A stretch of DNA of 64,000 bases, taken from Bacillus subtilis subsp. subtilis str. 168 (lineage in GTDB: Bacteria; Bacillota; Bacilli; Bacillales; Bacillaceae). Shown here piece after piece: positions 42,412-53,844 of this stretch. The stretch covers positions 3,906,001 through 3,970,000 of the forward strand of contig NC_000964.3 in NCBI RefSeq assembly GCF_000009045.1, given 5' to 3'. Within the stretch, counting starts at the first letter, position 1, and the number at the start of each line of letters is the position of its first letter. The translations under genes were made by a program, and so were the position numbers. The notes beneath the pieces are model-generated. The model saw only the letters and a list, made by a program, of their open reading frames with translations. It had not been told where the DNA came from and did no database searches.

Positions 42412-42447
42412 AAACGCTTATGACCCTTCATTCATAAGCGTTTTTTT
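42412..42447 (+). terminator. Terminator after tyrZ
   Basis: AAACGCTTATGA/TCATAAGCGTTT stem with T-run. Confidence 0.85.
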
Positions 42448-42554
42448 GCAGGTATAAAGCACTGTCTTTTCAAAAACGCTCTCCATCTTGCAGGAAACTC
42501 CTTTAGCATCCCGAAATATTCCCCAACCATACATTTAGGGGAGGTTTATTTTTG

Positions 42555-43922
42555 ATGAAAAAGCTTTTGACTGTCATGACGATGGCTGTTTTAACTGCCG
42601 GCACACTGCTCTTGCCGGCACAGAGTGTCACCCCTGCCGCGCACGCTGTACAAATATCAAATAGCGAGCGCGAGCTTCCATTCAAAGCAAAACATGCGTA
42701 CTCTACCATTTCTCAGCTAAGTGAAGCAATCGGCCCCAGAATAGCCGGAACTGCAGCTGAAAAAAAGAGTGCCCTATTGATCGCCTCATCAATGAGAAAA
42801 TTAAAGCTTGATGTGAAGGTTCAACGATTCAACATTCCTGACCGGCTTGAGGGTACACTGTCTTCAGCAGGACGCGATATTCTTCTCCAAGCGGCGTCGG
42901 GCTCAGCTCCGACTGAGGAACAAGGGCTGACGGCCCCGCTTTACAATGCGGGATTGGGCTATCAAAAGGACTTTACCGCTGACGCCAAGGGCAAAATCGC
43001 CTTGATTTCCAGAGGAGACCTGACTTATTACGAGAAAGCCAAAAATGCCGAAGCCGCCGGAGCGAAAGCTGTCATCATTTATAACAACAAAGAAAGCCTC
43101 GTGCCTATGACGCCAAACCTGTCGGGAAATAAAGTCGGCATTCCGGTCGTCGGCATTAAGAAAGAAGACGGCGAAGCACTTACCCAGCAAAAAGAAGCCA
43201 CCTTAAAACTAAAAGCATTCACAAACCAAACCTCCCAGAATATCATCGGAATCAAAAAACCAAAGAACATCAAACATCCAGACATTGTGTACGTGACCGC
43301 CCATTACGACAGTGTTCCTTTTTCGCCCGGAGCAAATGACAACGGCTCAGGTACCTCTGTTATGCTGGAGATGGCGCGTGTCTTAAAAAGCGTTCCATCT
43401 GATAAAGAAATCCGCTTTATCGCTTTCGGCGCCGAAGAGCTCGGCCTGCTCGGCTCCTCTCACTATGTAGATCATCTATCGGAAAAAGAGCTGAAACGAA
43501 GCGAAGTGAACTTCAACTTAGATATGGTAGGCACAAGCTGGGAAAAAGCGTCTGAGCTGTATGTCAACACATTGGATGGCCAATCTAACTATGTTTGGGA
43601 ATCCAGCCGTACGGCTGCTGAAAAAATTGGGTTTGACAGCCTGTCTCTGACACAGGGAGGATCATCTGATCATGTGCCATTCCACGAAGCCGGCATTGAT
43701 TCCGCTAACTTTATTTGGGGAGACCCGGAAACAGAAGAAGTTGAGCCGTGGTATCATACCCCTGAAGACTCGATCGAACATATCAGCAAAGAACGCCTCC
43801 AGCAAGCAGGCGATCTTGTGACAGCCGCTGTCTATGAGGCTGTGAAAAAAGAGAAGAAACCGAAAACCATTAAGAAACAAATGAAGGCGAAAGCATCTGA
43901 CATTTTTGAAGATATCAAATAA
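42555..43922 (+). CDS. ywaD: Secreted M28 aminopeptidase with PA domain
   Basis: AHYDS, GANDNGSG, AEELG, NLDM, SDH and YHTPED motifs; signal peptide. Confidence 0.93.
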   Translation: MKKLLTVMTMAVLTAGTLLLPAQSVTPAAHAVQISNSERELPFKAKHAYSTISQLSEAIGPRIAGTAAEKKSALLIASSMRKLKLDVKVQRFNIPDRLEGTLSSAGRDILLQAASGSAPTEEQGLTAPLYNAGLGYQKDFTADAKGKIALISRGDLTYYEKAKNAEAAGAKAVIIYNNKESLVPMTPNLSGNKVGIPVVGIKKEDGEALTQQKEATLKLKAFTNQTSQNIIGIKKPKNIKHPDIVYVTAHYDSVPFSPGANDNGSGTSVMLEMARVLKSVPSDKEIRFIAFGAEELGLLGSSHYVDHLSEKELKRSEVNFNLDMVGTSWEKASELYVNTLDGQSNYVWESSRTAAEKIGFDSLSLTQGGSSDHVPFHEAGIDSANFIWGDPETEEVEPWYHTPEDSIEHISKERLQQAGDLVTAAVYEAVKKEKKPKTIKKQMKAKASDIFEDIK

Positions 43923-43953
43923 AAAAAGACGGCACTTGGGTGCCGTCTTTTTT
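43921..43953. terminator. Bidirectional terminator ywaD/ywaC
   Basis: AAAAAAGACGGCAC-TTGG-GTGCCGTCTTTTTT. Confidence 0.9.
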
Positions 43954-44584
43954 AATCCACTTCTTTCTTAATCCCCAGCATTTTCTCATCTAGGTAATGG
44001 GCAATCTCCGCGGCTTCTTTCAGCTCATCTGTTAATTGCTTAGGAACGTCATTGTTCAATTTATAATAAATTTTATGTTCAAGGCTCGCCCAGAAATCCA
44101 TCGCGATTGTCCGGATTTGAATTTCTGCTTTGACGTATTCCACACGGTTCGTTAAATTCACAGGCATCTCAATGATTAAATGCAGGCTTCGATAGCCATT
44201 CGGTTTGGGTGTCTGGATATAATCCTTTACCTTTACGATTCTCAAATCTTCATGCTGCTTCAACACATTCACGACATTATAAATGTCAGAAATAAAGGAA
44301 CAGATGATGCGCACGCCGGCAATGTCGTGAATATGCTCCTTCATTTCCTTCGTCGTAATCTCACAGCCCTTTCTCATTAACTTATTCACGATGCTTTCAA
44401 AGCTTTTTACACGGGATTTTGTATGTTCAATCGGGTTGTGTCCGTGAATGAGGTTATATTCCTGGCTGATAATTGAGAACTTTGTATCGAGCGCATCTAG
44501 CGCAAATTTATAAACTAATAACTCATTTTTCCAATCTTCCATTACTGTTTTTAAATCGTCCATATGTGTTACAGATAAATCCAT
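43952..44584 (-). CDS. ywaC: Small alarmone (p)ppGpp synthetase (RelP/SasA)
   Basis: SRVKS, HDIAGVRIIC, GYRSLH, EIQIRT and WASLEH motifs; ATG 44584 after AAAGGAG. Confidence 0.95.
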   Translation of the reverse strand: MDLSVTHMDDLKTVMEDWKNELLVYKFALDALDTKFSIISQEYNLIHGHNPIEHTKSRVKSFESIVNKLMRKGCEITTKEMKEHIHDIAGVRIICSFISDIYNVVNVLKQHEDLRIVKVKDYIQTPKPNGYRSLHLIIEMPVNLTNRVEYVKAEIQIRTIAMDFWASLEHKIYYKLNNDVPKQLTDELKEAAEIAHYLDEKMLGIKKEVD

Positions 44585-44630
44585 GTTCGTCATCTCCTTT
44601 AACGGAACTTTATCCGCTGTCCATGTACTA

Positions 44631-44656
44631 GACGTCCCTGTCTGCTGCAAGGTTCT
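44631..44656 (-). promoter_or_regulatory. ECF sigma (SigM/SigW-type) promoter of ywaC
   Basis: Minus strand AGAACC-N16-CGTC. Confidence 0.7.
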
Positions 44657-44725
44657 ATGAATTTTTTTACAAAATGCGGTCGATTGTAACAAAAAAAGAC
44701 CGCATGAAACGAGCGGTCTTTTTTA

Positions 44726-45661
44726 TTATCGGAAATAGCTGATCAATAATCCGATCGAGAGCAGGAATCCGAAAAATGTATTTGTTTGGGCTGTTGATTT
44801 CATTGCGACAATCATATTCATCGGCATTTCGTTCTGGACGAAGCCCTTCACTGCCTGAACCGGCTTAGGCACGCTCAAAAAGACGACAAACAGCCATGGG
44901 CTTGCGGCACCGGTAATAACCAAGCCGACAACCCAGATATAAGCGACGGCAAACGACGCAGCTAACAGAGTAACAGCTCCCTTATGCCCCATCAAAATCG
45001 CCAATGTTTTGCGTCCGCCTTTTTTGTCCTCTTCAATATCACGAATGTTGTTCGACAGGTTAATCGCGCCGACAAGAATCGCAATCGGGATGGAAATCAA
45101 AATGCTCTGCATATTGATCTTATCTGTCTGAATGAAAAACGAAATCAGCACAAACACCGAACCCATGCAAATGCCTGAGAATAATTCACCGAACGGCGTG
45201 TACGCAATCGGCAGCGGCCCGCCTGTATACAGGTAGCCGATCGCCATGCCGACAAGGCCGATCAGCGCAAGCCACCAGCTGCTGCTGGCACAAATATAGA
45301 CACCGAGCAAAATGGCAATCCCGTATGAGGCAAGAGCTAATTGCAAAATCGTTTTAGGCTTCATTCCGTGGCGTACAATGGCCCCTCCGATTCCGACTGA
45401 TTCTGCTGTATCTAATCCGCGTTTAAAATCATAGTATTCATTAAATAAGTTCGTCGCGATCTGGATCCATAGGCAAGAAAACAGCATAGCCAAAAACAGC
45501 AGCAGATCAACCTTCACATAAAACATCGCCAAAACGGTTCCGAGCAGCACAGGCACAAACGATGCGGTTAACGTATGAGGACGGGTTAACTGCCAAAGGA
45601 TCTGCCCCATGCTTTCTTTTTGCGGCGCTGTCTGACCCTCACCCTTATTTGTTTGGTTCAT
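44726..45661 (-). CDS. menA: DHNA octaprenyltransferase
   Basis: RPHTL, NEYYDFKRGLD and NNIRDIEEDKKGGRKT UbiA motifs. Confidence 0.96.
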   Translation of the reverse strand: MNQTNKGEGQTAPQKESMGQILWQLTRPHTLTASFVPVLLGTVLAMFYVKVDLLLFLAMLFSCLWIQIATNLFNEYYDFKRGLDTAESVGIGGAIVRHGMKPKTILQLALASYGIAILLGVYICASSSWWLALIGLVGMAIGYLYTGGPLPIAYTPFGELFSGICMGSVFVLISFFIQTDKINMQSILISIPIAILVGAINLSNNIRDIEEDKKGGRKTLAILMGHKGAVTLLAASFAVAYIWVVGLVITGAASPWLFVVFLSVPKPVQAVKGFVQNEMPMNMIVAMKSTAQTNTFFGFLLSIGLLISYFR

Positions 45662-45981
45662 CTTCCTCTTCCTTTCTATTAAAAGGCTTACTTTTTTTCA
45701 GCCGGCAGCTTAATAAAAAACTCCTTTTGCTTCCTTATCTATCATAATGACTTCTCCCTTATTTCACAAGATACCGCAAGAAGGCGTTTTCTTTCTTATT
45801 ATACGCTTCTCGCCCTGATTTCATTAGGTTTCTGCTTTCACTTGAACGAACAGGTACAGAAAAATTTTTTTAAGTACATTACACTTTTTAAAAGTTAAAA
45901 AGATCTTTTGACTCCAGGTATCTTTTCCTTTATTATGAATCAGCTCGAAACATTCCATTCTTGCCCTTGCAGGTATAAAGA

Positions 45982-46008
45982 TTCATTTTCAAAAACATAC
46001 GCCGATAT
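45982..46008 (+). promoter_or_regulatory. SigD promoter of the dlt operon
   Basis: TTCA-N15-GCCGATAT. Confidence 0.7.
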
Positions 46009-46036
46009 ATTAATTTGAGGGAGATTAGGGAAAAAA

Positions 46037-46062
46037 TGAAACTTTTTGAGCATCTGATCGTC
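46037..46062 (+). promoter_or_regulatory. ECF (SigX-type) promoter of the dlt operon
   Basis: TGAAAC-N16-CGTC. Confidence 0.85.
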
Positions 46063-46077
46063 AAATAATCATGTGAT

Positions 46078-46084
46078 TGTCGAA
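46078..46084 (+). promoter_or_regulatory. Spo0A box downstream of the dlt promoters
   Basis: TGTCGAA perfect match; a short motif, so chance occurrence is possible. Confidence 0.5.
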
Positions 46085-46107
46085 AAAACGGGAAGGGAAT
46101 TTTTGAT

Positions 46108-46257
46108 ATGCTGCAATTAATGAAACAGCTGTATGAAAAACCCGCTGTCAAGTGGACATGTCATACAGGCTTTTATTTGATGATACTGCTTGTTTTGTTT
46201 TTTATGTATGGTTTTCACACCGCGAATACCGGTTCATATATTTATAACGATTTCTAA
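46108..46257 (+). CDS. dltX: DltX, small membrane protein of the D-alanylation system (49 aa), missed by the ORF track
   Basis: [49 protein letters not shown]; one TM helix and C-terminal YIYxxF. Also annotated ywzH. Confidence 0.85.
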
Positions 46258-46274
46258 TTGGAGAGAGAATAACT

Positions 46275-47786
46275 ATGAAACTTTTACATGCTATTCAAAC
46301 ACATGCGGAAACTTATCCGCAAACCGATGCCTTCCGCTCTCAAGGCCAGTCGCTCACGTATCAGGAATTATGGGAGCAGTCTGACCGCGCGGCTGCCGCG
46401 ATCCAAAAACGCATTTCTGGGGAAAAGAAATCTCCTATCCTTGTGTACGGCCACATGGAGCCGCACATGATCGTTTCCTTCTTGGGAAGTGTCAAAGCGG
46501 GACATCCTTATATTCCGGTTGACCTGTCTATTCCGTCCGAACGGATTGCGAAAATTATCGAAAGCTCTGGAGCAGAATTGCTGATCCATGCAGCAGGACT
46601 CTCAATTGATGCAGTCGGCCAGCAGATTCAGACAGTTTCTGCGGAAGAACTGCTGGAAAACGAAGGCGGCTCTGTCAGCCAAGATCAATGGGTCAAAGAA
46701 CACGAAACGTTTTATATCATTTACACTTCCGGGAGCACAGGAAATCCGAAAGGCGTGCAGATTTCCGCTGCGAACCTTCAAAGCTTCACAGACTGGATTT
46801 GTGCAGACTTTCCAGTCAGCGGAGGAAAAATATTTTTAAACCAAGCGCCGTTCTCATTTGATTTGTCTGTCATGGACCTATATCCGTGCCTTCAATCAGG
46901 CGGGACTTTACATTGCGTGACAAAGGATGCTGTGAATAAGCCGAAAGTCTTATTTGAAGAGCTGAAGAAGTCCGGGCTGAATGTGTGGACATCAACACCT
47001 TCCTTTGTGCAAATGTGCCTGATGGATCCGGGTTTTTCACAGGATCTGCTGCCTCATGCGGACACATTTATGTTTTGCGGAGAGGTTCTTCCGGTTTCTG
47101 TGGCCAAAGCGCTGCTTGAGCGTTTTCCGAAAGCGAAGATTTTTAATACGTACGGCCCGACTGAAGCGACAGTGGCTGTCACATCGGTTGAAATTACGAA
47201 TGACGTCATCAGCCGCAGCGAATCGCTTCCAGTGGGCTTCGCCAAACCAGATATGAACATTTTCATTATGGATGAAGAGGGACAGCCGCTTCCTGAGGGA
47301 GAAAAAGGAGAAATCGTCATTGCAGGGCCGAGTGTAAGCCGAGGCTACCTTGGTGAGCCAGAGCTGACGGAAAAAGCGTTTTTCTCTCATGAAGGCCAGT
47401 GGGCATACCGAACTGGCGATGCCGGCTTTATTCAAGACGGTCAGATTTTCTGCCAAGGACGTTTGGATTTTCAGATTAAACTTCACGGCTATCGAATGGA
47501 GCTGGAGGAAATCGAGTTCCATGTCAGACAGTCACAGTACGTTCGTTCTGCTGTCGTGATTCCTTATCAGCCAAACGGAACAGTTGAGTATCTGATCGCT
47601 GCTATTGTGCCTGAGGAGCATGAGTTCGAGAAGGAATTCCAGCTGACAAGCGCTATTAAAAAAGAGCTTGCCGCTTCTCTTCCGGCATATATGATCCCGA
47701 GAAAATTTATCTATCAGGATCACATTCAAATGACGGCTAACGGCAAAATTGACCGAAAACGCATTGGCGAAGAGGTTCTTGTATGA
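46275..47786 (+). CDS. dltA: D-alanine--D-alanyl carrier protein ligase
   Basis: [21 protein letters not shown] and NGKIDRK motifs. Confidence 0.98.
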
Positions 47787-48970
47787 CGCCTTACAGCTCG
47801 TTTTTATTCTTTATACTGCTTGGCATTCTTCTTCTGCCGACGATCATTCTCGGCTTAAACGGAAAAAGATTTCAAGCATACAACATGTTCATATCTATCA
47901 TTATATTGGCTTTAATTTTTTCGCACGACTTACACGGGGTCATCGCGCTGTGCCTGTTTACAATATGGCAGGTGCTCCTGATCAGCGGCTATCTGGCATA
48001 CCGGCAGAAAGCGAACAGCGGCTTTGTCTTTTGCGGAGCTGTTATCGCGTCTATTCTGCCTTTATTTCTGTCAAAAATATGGCCGTTTCTTTCACACCCG
48101 CAGCCGCATCATCCGCCGCATAACCTGATCAGCTTTTTAGGGATTTCATATTTAACCTTTAAAGGCGTTCAGCTGATTATGGAAGCAAGAGACGGACTGC
48201 TGAAAGAACAGCTGCCATTGCACCGTCTGCTGTATTTCATCCTGTTTTTCCCGACGATTTCCTCCGGCCCGATCGACAGATACCGCCGGTTCGTCAAGGA
48301 TGAACAGAAGGCTTGGACGAAAGAAGAATACGCCGACCTGCTGTATACGGGAATCCATAAAATCTTCATCGGTTTCCTGTATAAATTTATTATCGGCTAC
48401 GCGATCAATACGTACTTCATCATGAATCTTCCCGCAATCACGCACAATAAGATTCTTGGGAACCTGCTGTACATGTACGGCTACAGCATGTATTTATTCT
48501 TTGATTTCGCCGGCTACACGATGTTTGCCGTCGGGGTCAGCTACATTATGGGCATTAAATCACCAGAAAACTTTAATAAACCGTTTATCAGTAAAAATAT
48601 TAAAGATTTCTGGAATCGCTGGCATATGTCTCTGTCATTTTGGTTCAGAGATTATGTGTTTATGAGATTCGTATTTTGGATGACTAAGAAAAAGTGGATC
48701 AAAAACCGTATGGCCGTCTCAAACATCGGGTATTTCCTGCTGTTTATGCTGATGGGGGTTTGGCACGGGCTCGCGCCGCAATATATCATTTACGGCCTCT
48801 ATCACGCCGTTCTGATGACGTGTTACAACTTTTTCGAGAAGTGGAATAAGAAATATAAATGGCTGCCGTCCAACCGCTGGACAACCATTCTCGCTATTGT
48901 GATCACATTCCATTTCGTTTGCTTCGGGTTTTATATTTTCTCAGGAAAACCATTTCATCACCACCATTAA
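47783..48970 (+). CDS. dltB: MBOAT membrane protein
   Basis: [17 protein letters not shown] and GVWHG motifs. Confidence 0.97.
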
Positions 48971-48986
48971 AGGAGATTAGAAAGCT

Positions 48987-49223
48987 ATGGATTTTAAACA
49001 AGAGGTATTAGACGTTTTAGCAGAGGTTTGCCAGGATGACATCGTAAAGGAAAATCCTGATATTGAAATTTTTGAAGAAGGTTTGCTTGATTCTTTTGGA
49101 ACAGTAGAATTGCTGCTTGCGATTGAAAACCGTTTTGATATTTTAGTGCCGATCACTGAATTTGACCGGGACGTTTGGAATACACCTAACAACATTGTAA
49201 ATCAGCTGTCTGAGTTGAAATAA
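48987..49223 (+). CDS. dltC: D-alanyl carrier protein
   Basis: GLLDSFGTV phosphopantetheine site. Confidence 0.97.
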   Translation: MDFKQEVLDVLAEVCQDDIVKENPDIEIFEEGLLDSFGTVELLLAIENRFDILVPITEFDRDVWNTPNNIVNQLSELK

Positions 49224-50401
49224 TGAAAAAGCGTTTTTTCGGTCCAATTATTTTGGCGTTTATTCTATTCGCAGGCGCCATCGCAATTCCATCTTCATGG
49301 CTGACAGGCTTCATCACCGATAAGCGTGTGAAAGAGTCAGCAACAGCCTTGAATCCGAGTATGTTTCAAGGGCTATATTTACAAGATCAGATGCTCAAAG
49401 ATCCGACATATCTTCCGATTTACGGGTCTTCTGAGCTTTCTCGGCTGGACGAGTTCCACCCATCTAATTATTTTCAGGTAAACAATGAGGGATTCACGCC
49501 ATACCTTGTCGGCAAAGGCGGATCCCAGTCATTGATTCATTCTTTAAACTTCGCTGCCCACATGGATCAGCTGAAGGGCAAAAAAATCGTATTCATCGTG
49601 TCTCCGCAATGGTTTATTAAGCGCGGGTCTGATGAACAGCATTTCGCGCCGAACTATTCTGCGCTGCAAGGGCTTGATTTGGCATTTAACGATCAGATCG
49701 ATCCTGAAATTAAAAAGAAAATGATGAAACGCATGCTTCGCTTTAAGGCTGTGCAAAACGATGCCATTCTTTCTGAGCTGTACAAAGCAATGGTAAACGG
49801 TCAGACGTGGAAAGTGAACGCGCTGAAGCCGGCGGCGAAAGTGTATTACAGCATGCTGGAAAAGAAAGATCTGTATTATTCAACGACAGAATCATCCGGG
49901 CCAAAGCGCTATATCTCGCAGTCAGTAAAGGATAAGTCATGGTCTGAATTGAATAAACTAGCGGATCAATCGGGCAAACGCCACTCCGGTTCTAACGATT
50001 TTCACATCGACAACCCTGTCTATAAAAAGCTGAAGCCGAAAGTGCCTAAGCTGAAAGGGAAAAACAAAGGAAGATCGTATGCGGTGTCACCGGAATATGG
50101 CGACTTTGAAATGATGCTCGATATCCTGAAGGATGCGGGCGCAGAGCCTATGTTTGTCACCATTCCTGTTAACGGGAAATGGTACGATTACACGGGCTTC
50201 CCGAAAAAAGGACGCACTGACTATTACAAAAAGGTAAATAAACAAATCAGAGCGAAGGGCTTCCAGGTTGCTGATTTCTCAGGGCATGAATATGACCCGT
50301 ATTTCATGAAAGACACCATTCACATCGGCTGGAAAGGCTGGGTGTATGTCGATAAAGCAATTGACGAATTTTATAAAACCGGAAAAGTCACTTCATCCTG
50401 A
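49223..50401 (+). CDS. dltD: D-alanyl transfer protein (SGNH-like)
   Basis: YGSSEL, SPQWF and DTIHIGWKGW motifs. Confidence 0.97.
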   Translation: MKKRFFGPIILAFILFAGAIAIPSSWLTGFITDKRVKESATALNPSMFQGLYLQDQMLKDPTYLPIYGSSELSRLDEFHPSNYFQVNNEGFTPYLVGKGGSQSLIHSLNFAAHMDQLKGKKIVFIVSPQWFIKRGSDEQHFAPNYSALQGLDLAFNDQIDPEIKKKMMKRMLRFKAVQNDAILSELYKAMVNGQTWKVNALKPAAKVYYSMLEKKDLYYSTTESSGPKRYISQSVKDKSWSELNKLADQSGKRHSGSNDFHIDNPVYKKLKPKVPKLKGKNKGRSYAVSPEYGDFEMMLDILKDAGAEPMFVTIPVNGKWYDYTGFPKKGRTDYYKKVNKQIRAKGFQVADFSGHEYDPYFMKDTIHIGWKGWVYVDKAIDEFYKTGKVTSS

Positions 50402-50491
50402 GCATCTCATAGGACGCGGCTGCATATTTCCTGCTAAGATTTGTAATAGTAAAGGAATCACAGCCAACTTAATTAAGAGGTGTTACATCCA

Positions 50492-51250
50492 ATGAAGATG
50501 ACAAATAATACGGTTTTAATCACAGGGGGTTCTGCTGGCATCGGGCTTGAACTGGCCAAGCGCCTGCTGGAACTTGGCAATGAAGTTATCATTTGCGGAC
50601 GCAGCGAAGCACGTCTTGCAGAAGCGAAGCAGCAGCTCCCAAACATCCATACAAAGCAATGTGATGTTGCAGACCGTTCGCAGCGGGAAGCATTGTATGA
50701 ATGGGCTTTAAAGGAATATCCGAACTTGAATGTTCTCGTCAACAACGCCGGCATTCAAAAGGAAATTGACTTTAAAAAAGGGACAGAGGAGCTTTTTGTG
50801 GACGGTGATGAAATTGAACTTAATTTCCAAGCGCCTGTCCATTTATCCGCCCTTTTCACACCTCATTTGATGAAGCAGCCCGAGGCGGCAATCGTTCAGG
50901 TCACATCCGGGCTTGCGTTTAACCCGTTAGCTGTTTATCCGGTGTACTGCGCAACAAAAGCGGCACTTCACTCGTTCTCGCTTACGCTCAGACACCAGCT
51001 CCGCGACACGAGCGTGGAAGTGATTGAAATGGCACCGCCTATGGTGGACACGGGCTTAAACCAAAAATCACGCGATAAACAAGGCCTGACGTACCGGGGC
51101 ATTTCATCTGAAGAATATGTTCAATATTTCTTGGACGGCTTGAAGGAAGGCAAACAGGAGATTACAAATGAACGTGTTGAAGGTCTTCGGGATGCCACTC
51201 GCGCCGATTATGACAGGTTATTCGAGCAAATGAACACGCAGGAGAATTAA
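50492..51250 (+). CDS. dltE: Short-chain dehydrogenase/reductase
   Basis: TGGSAGIG, NNAG and YCATK motifs; GAGGTG RBS. Confidence 0.93.
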   Translation: MKMTNNTVLITGGSAGIGLELAKRLLELGNEVIICGRSEARLAEAKQQLPNIHTKQCDVADRSQREALYEWALKEYPNLNVLVNNAGIQKEIDFKKGTEELFVDGDEIELNFQAPVHLSALFTPHLMKQPEAAIVQVTSGLAFNPLAVYPVYCATKAALHSFSLTLRHQLRDTSVEVIEMAPPMVDTGLNQKSRDKQGLTYRGISSEEYVQYFLDGLKEGKQEITNERVEGLRDATRADYDRLFEQMNTQEN

Positions 51251-51266
51251 TTTCTCCTGCTTTTTT
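51238..51266 (+). terminator. Terminator of the dlt operon
   Basis: GCAGGAGA/TCTCCTGC stem with T6, overlapping the dltE stop. Confidence 0.85.
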
Positions 51267-51390
51267 CATATGAATTTCTTACAAATTTGAGCAAACCTAT
51301 TGCGATTATTTGTTGAAGGTATACAATAGAATATAATTATTTTCAAATAAGTTTGATAATATAAACAATTTAACAGCAGGGAGATTGACC

Positions 51391-52482
51391 ATGACTAAAC
51401 AAACAATTCGCGTTGAATTGACATCAACAAAAAAACCGAAACCAGACCCAAATCAGCTTTCGTTCGGAAGAGTGTTTACAGACCACATGTTTGTAATGGA
51501 CTATGCCGCAGATAAAGGTTGGTACGATCCAAGAATCATTCCTTATCAACCCTTATCAATGGATCCGGCTGCAATGGTCTATCACTACGGCCAAACCGTG
51601 TTTGAAGGGTTAAAGGCTTACGTGTCAGAGGATGACCATGTTCTGCTTTTCAGACCGGAAAAAAATATGGAACGCCTGAATCAATCAAACGACCGCCTCT
51701 GCATCCCGCAAATTGATGAAGAACAGGTTCTTGAAGGCTTAAAGCAGCTTGTCGCAATTGATAAAGACTGGATTCCAAATGCGGAGGGCACGTCCCTTTA
51801 CATCCGTCCGTTCATCATCGCAACCGAGCCTTTCCTTGGTGTTGCGGCATCTCATACGTATAAGCTCTTGATCATTCTTTCTCCGGTCGGCTCTTATTAC
51901 AAAGAAGGCATTAAGCCGGTCAAAATCGCTGTTGAAAGTGAATTTGTCCGTGCGGTAAAAGGCGGAACAGGAAATGCCAAAACCGCAGGAAACTATGCTT
52001 CAAGCTTAAAAGCGCAGCAGGTAGCCGAAGAGAAAGGATTTTCTCAAGTACTCTGGCTGGACGGCATTGAGAAGAAATACATCGAAGAAGTCGGAAGCAT
52101 GAACATCTTCTTCAAAATCAACGGTGAAATCGTAACACCGATGCTGAACGGGAGCATCCTGGAAGGCATTACGCGCAATTCAGTCATCGCCTTGCTTAAG
52201 CATTGGGGCCTTCAAGTTTCAGAACGAAAAATTGCGATCGATGAGGTCATCCAAGCCCATAAAGACGGCATCCTGGAAGAAGCCTTCGGAACAGGTACAG
52301 CAGCTGTTATTTCCCCAGTCGGCGAGCTGATCTGGCAGGATGAAACACTTTCGATCAACAACGGTGAAACAGGAGAAATCGCAAAAAAACTATATGACAC
52401 GATTACAGGCATTCAAAAAGGCGCTGTCGCAGACGAATTCGGATGGACGACCGAAGTCGCAGCGCTGACTGAAAGCAAGTAA
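51391..52482 (+). CDS. ywaA: Branched-chain amino acid aminotransferase
   Basis: [23 protein letters not shown] and EEVGSMN motifs. Also called ilvK. Confidence 0.95.
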   Translation: MTKQTIRVELTSTKKPKPDPNQLSFGRVFTDHMFVMDYAADKGWYDPRIIPYQPLSMDPAAMVYHYGQTVFEGLKAYVSEDDHVLLFRPEKNMERLNQSNDRLCIPQIDEEQVLEGLKQLVAIDKDWIPNAEGTSLYIRPFIIATEPFLGVAASHTYKLLIILSPVGSYYKEGIKPVKIAVESEFVRAVKGGTGNAKTAGNYASSLKAQQVAEEKGFSQVLWLDGIEKKYIEEVGSMNIFFKINGEIVTPMLNGSILEGITRNSVIALLKHWGLQVSERKIAIDEVIQAHKDGILEEAFGTGTAAVISPVGELIWQDETLSINNGETGEIAKKLYDTITGIQKGAVADEFGWTTEVAALTESK

Positions 52483-52483
52483 G

Positions 52484-52517
52484 AAAAAAGCCGGCCCATT
52501 ACAGGCCGGCTTTTTTT
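52484..52517. terminator. Bidirectional terminator ywaA/licH
   Basis: AAAAAAGCCGGCC-CATTACA-GGCCGGCTTTTTT. Confidence 0.9.
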
Positions 52518-53844
52518 ACGCTTCAATTTTGTTGAAAAACTGCGGCAGATACGCTTTGTGCGCCTCTAGCATTTCGTCTAAAATCTGTTTGGCCACAGTA
52601 TCGGACGGGACAAGCGGGTTAATCGTCATGGCAAGGAGCGCAGTTTGATAGTCACCTGTAACTGCCGCTTCTGCCGCGACACGTTCAAAGGATTTGATTT
52701 GCTGGACAAGGCCGCGGACAGACACCGGCAAGTCGCCGACAGCAATTGGCTTAGGGCCGGTTTTCGTCATCACACAGTTCACTTCAACTGCGGAATCGTC
52801 TGGAATACTCGCTATTGCACCATTATTGATCGTGTTCACCGGCTGAATGTCATGTTTATCATTATAAATGGAGCTGATTAAGTTACATGCTGCATCACTG
52901 TAGTAAGCTCCGCCCCGTTTTTCCAGCTGCGGCGGTTTGATCGCAAGGTTTGGATCTTTATAAAGCTCGAACAGCTCTTTTTCGACCTTCTGTACGACTT
53001 CAGCGCGGGTGCCCTCCGTTTGTGATGCTTCCAGTTCGTGCTCCAGCATCTCTTTTGTTTTAAAATAGTAACGGTGATAGCCGCAAGGGATGACATTGAG
53101 CGCTTTTAAGAAATCCGGTTCCCATTCGGCGCCTGAGATATTTTTCATCGTCATCGCGTTTTTCGGGTCGCCCATCGCCTCGATGACTTGCTCCTTCACA
53201 CTTACGCCGTCCAAGAAAACATCCAGCCCGAATACCATATGGTTCAGTCCGGCAAATTGGACTTCTACGCGGTCCACATCTACATCAAGCGCTTTGGCTA
53301 CGCCCATTTTGATGCCGATTGGAACATTGCAAAGACCGACGACTTTCTTCAGGTTGGAGTAGCGAAGCAAGGCTTCTGTTACCATGCCGGCAGGGTTTGT
53401 GAAGTTAACAAGCCAAGCGTTCGGGCAAAGCTCTTCTATGTCCTTTGCGATCTCAAGGATGACCGGAATTGTGCGCAATCCTTTAAACAGACCTCCCGGG
53501 CCGTTTGTTTCCTGGCCTATCACTCCGTATTTTAGCGGAATGCGCTCATCCTTTGCTCTTGCCTGCAAAAGTCCGACGCGGAATTGGGTCGTGACAAAGT
53601 CTGCGTCTTTCAGCGCCTTTCTCCGGTCGAGCGTAAGATGAATGTCAATCGGGACGCCAGCTTTTTCAACCATCCGTTTGGCGAGTGTGCCGACAATATT
53701 CAGCTTTTCTTCGCCCTCGGGGATATCGACAAGCCATAATTCACGGACAGGCAGCTCATCATACCGTTTAATGAACCCCTCCACTAGCTCGGGCGTATAG
53801 CTTGAACCTCCGCCAATCGTTACAATCTTCAATCCTTTTGTCAT
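52516..53844 (-). CDS. licH: 6-phospho-beta-glucosidase (GH4)
   Basis: [28 protein letters not shown] and GLNH motifs. Confidence 0.96.
   Translation of the reverse strand: MTKGLKIVTIGGGSSYTPELVEGFIKRYDELPVRELWLVDIPEGEEKLNIVGTLAKRMVEKAGVPIDIHLTLDRRKALKDADFVTTQFRVGLLQARAKDERIPLKYGVIGQETNGPGGLFKGLRTIPVILEIAKDIEELCPNAWLVNFTNPAGMVTEALLRYSNLKKVVGLCNVPIGIKMGVAKALDVDVDRVEVQFAGLNHMVFGLDVFLDGVSVKEQVIEAMGDPKNAMTMKNISGAEWEPDFLKALNVIPCGYHRYYFKTKEMLEHELEASQTEGTRAEVVQKVEKELFELYKDPNLAIKPPQLEKRGGAYYSDAACNLISSIYNDKHDIQPVNTINNGAIASIPDDSAVEVNCVMTKTGPKPIAVGDLPVSVRGLVQQIKSFERVAAEAAVTGDYQTALLAMTINPLVPSDTVAKQILDEMLEAHKAYLPQFFNKIEA

Noticed and set aside
48955-48970. His4 run at the DltB C-terminus (possible engineered tag)
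   Set aside because: Only four His with mixed codons, in native context before the dltC RBS; no sign of cloning scars.
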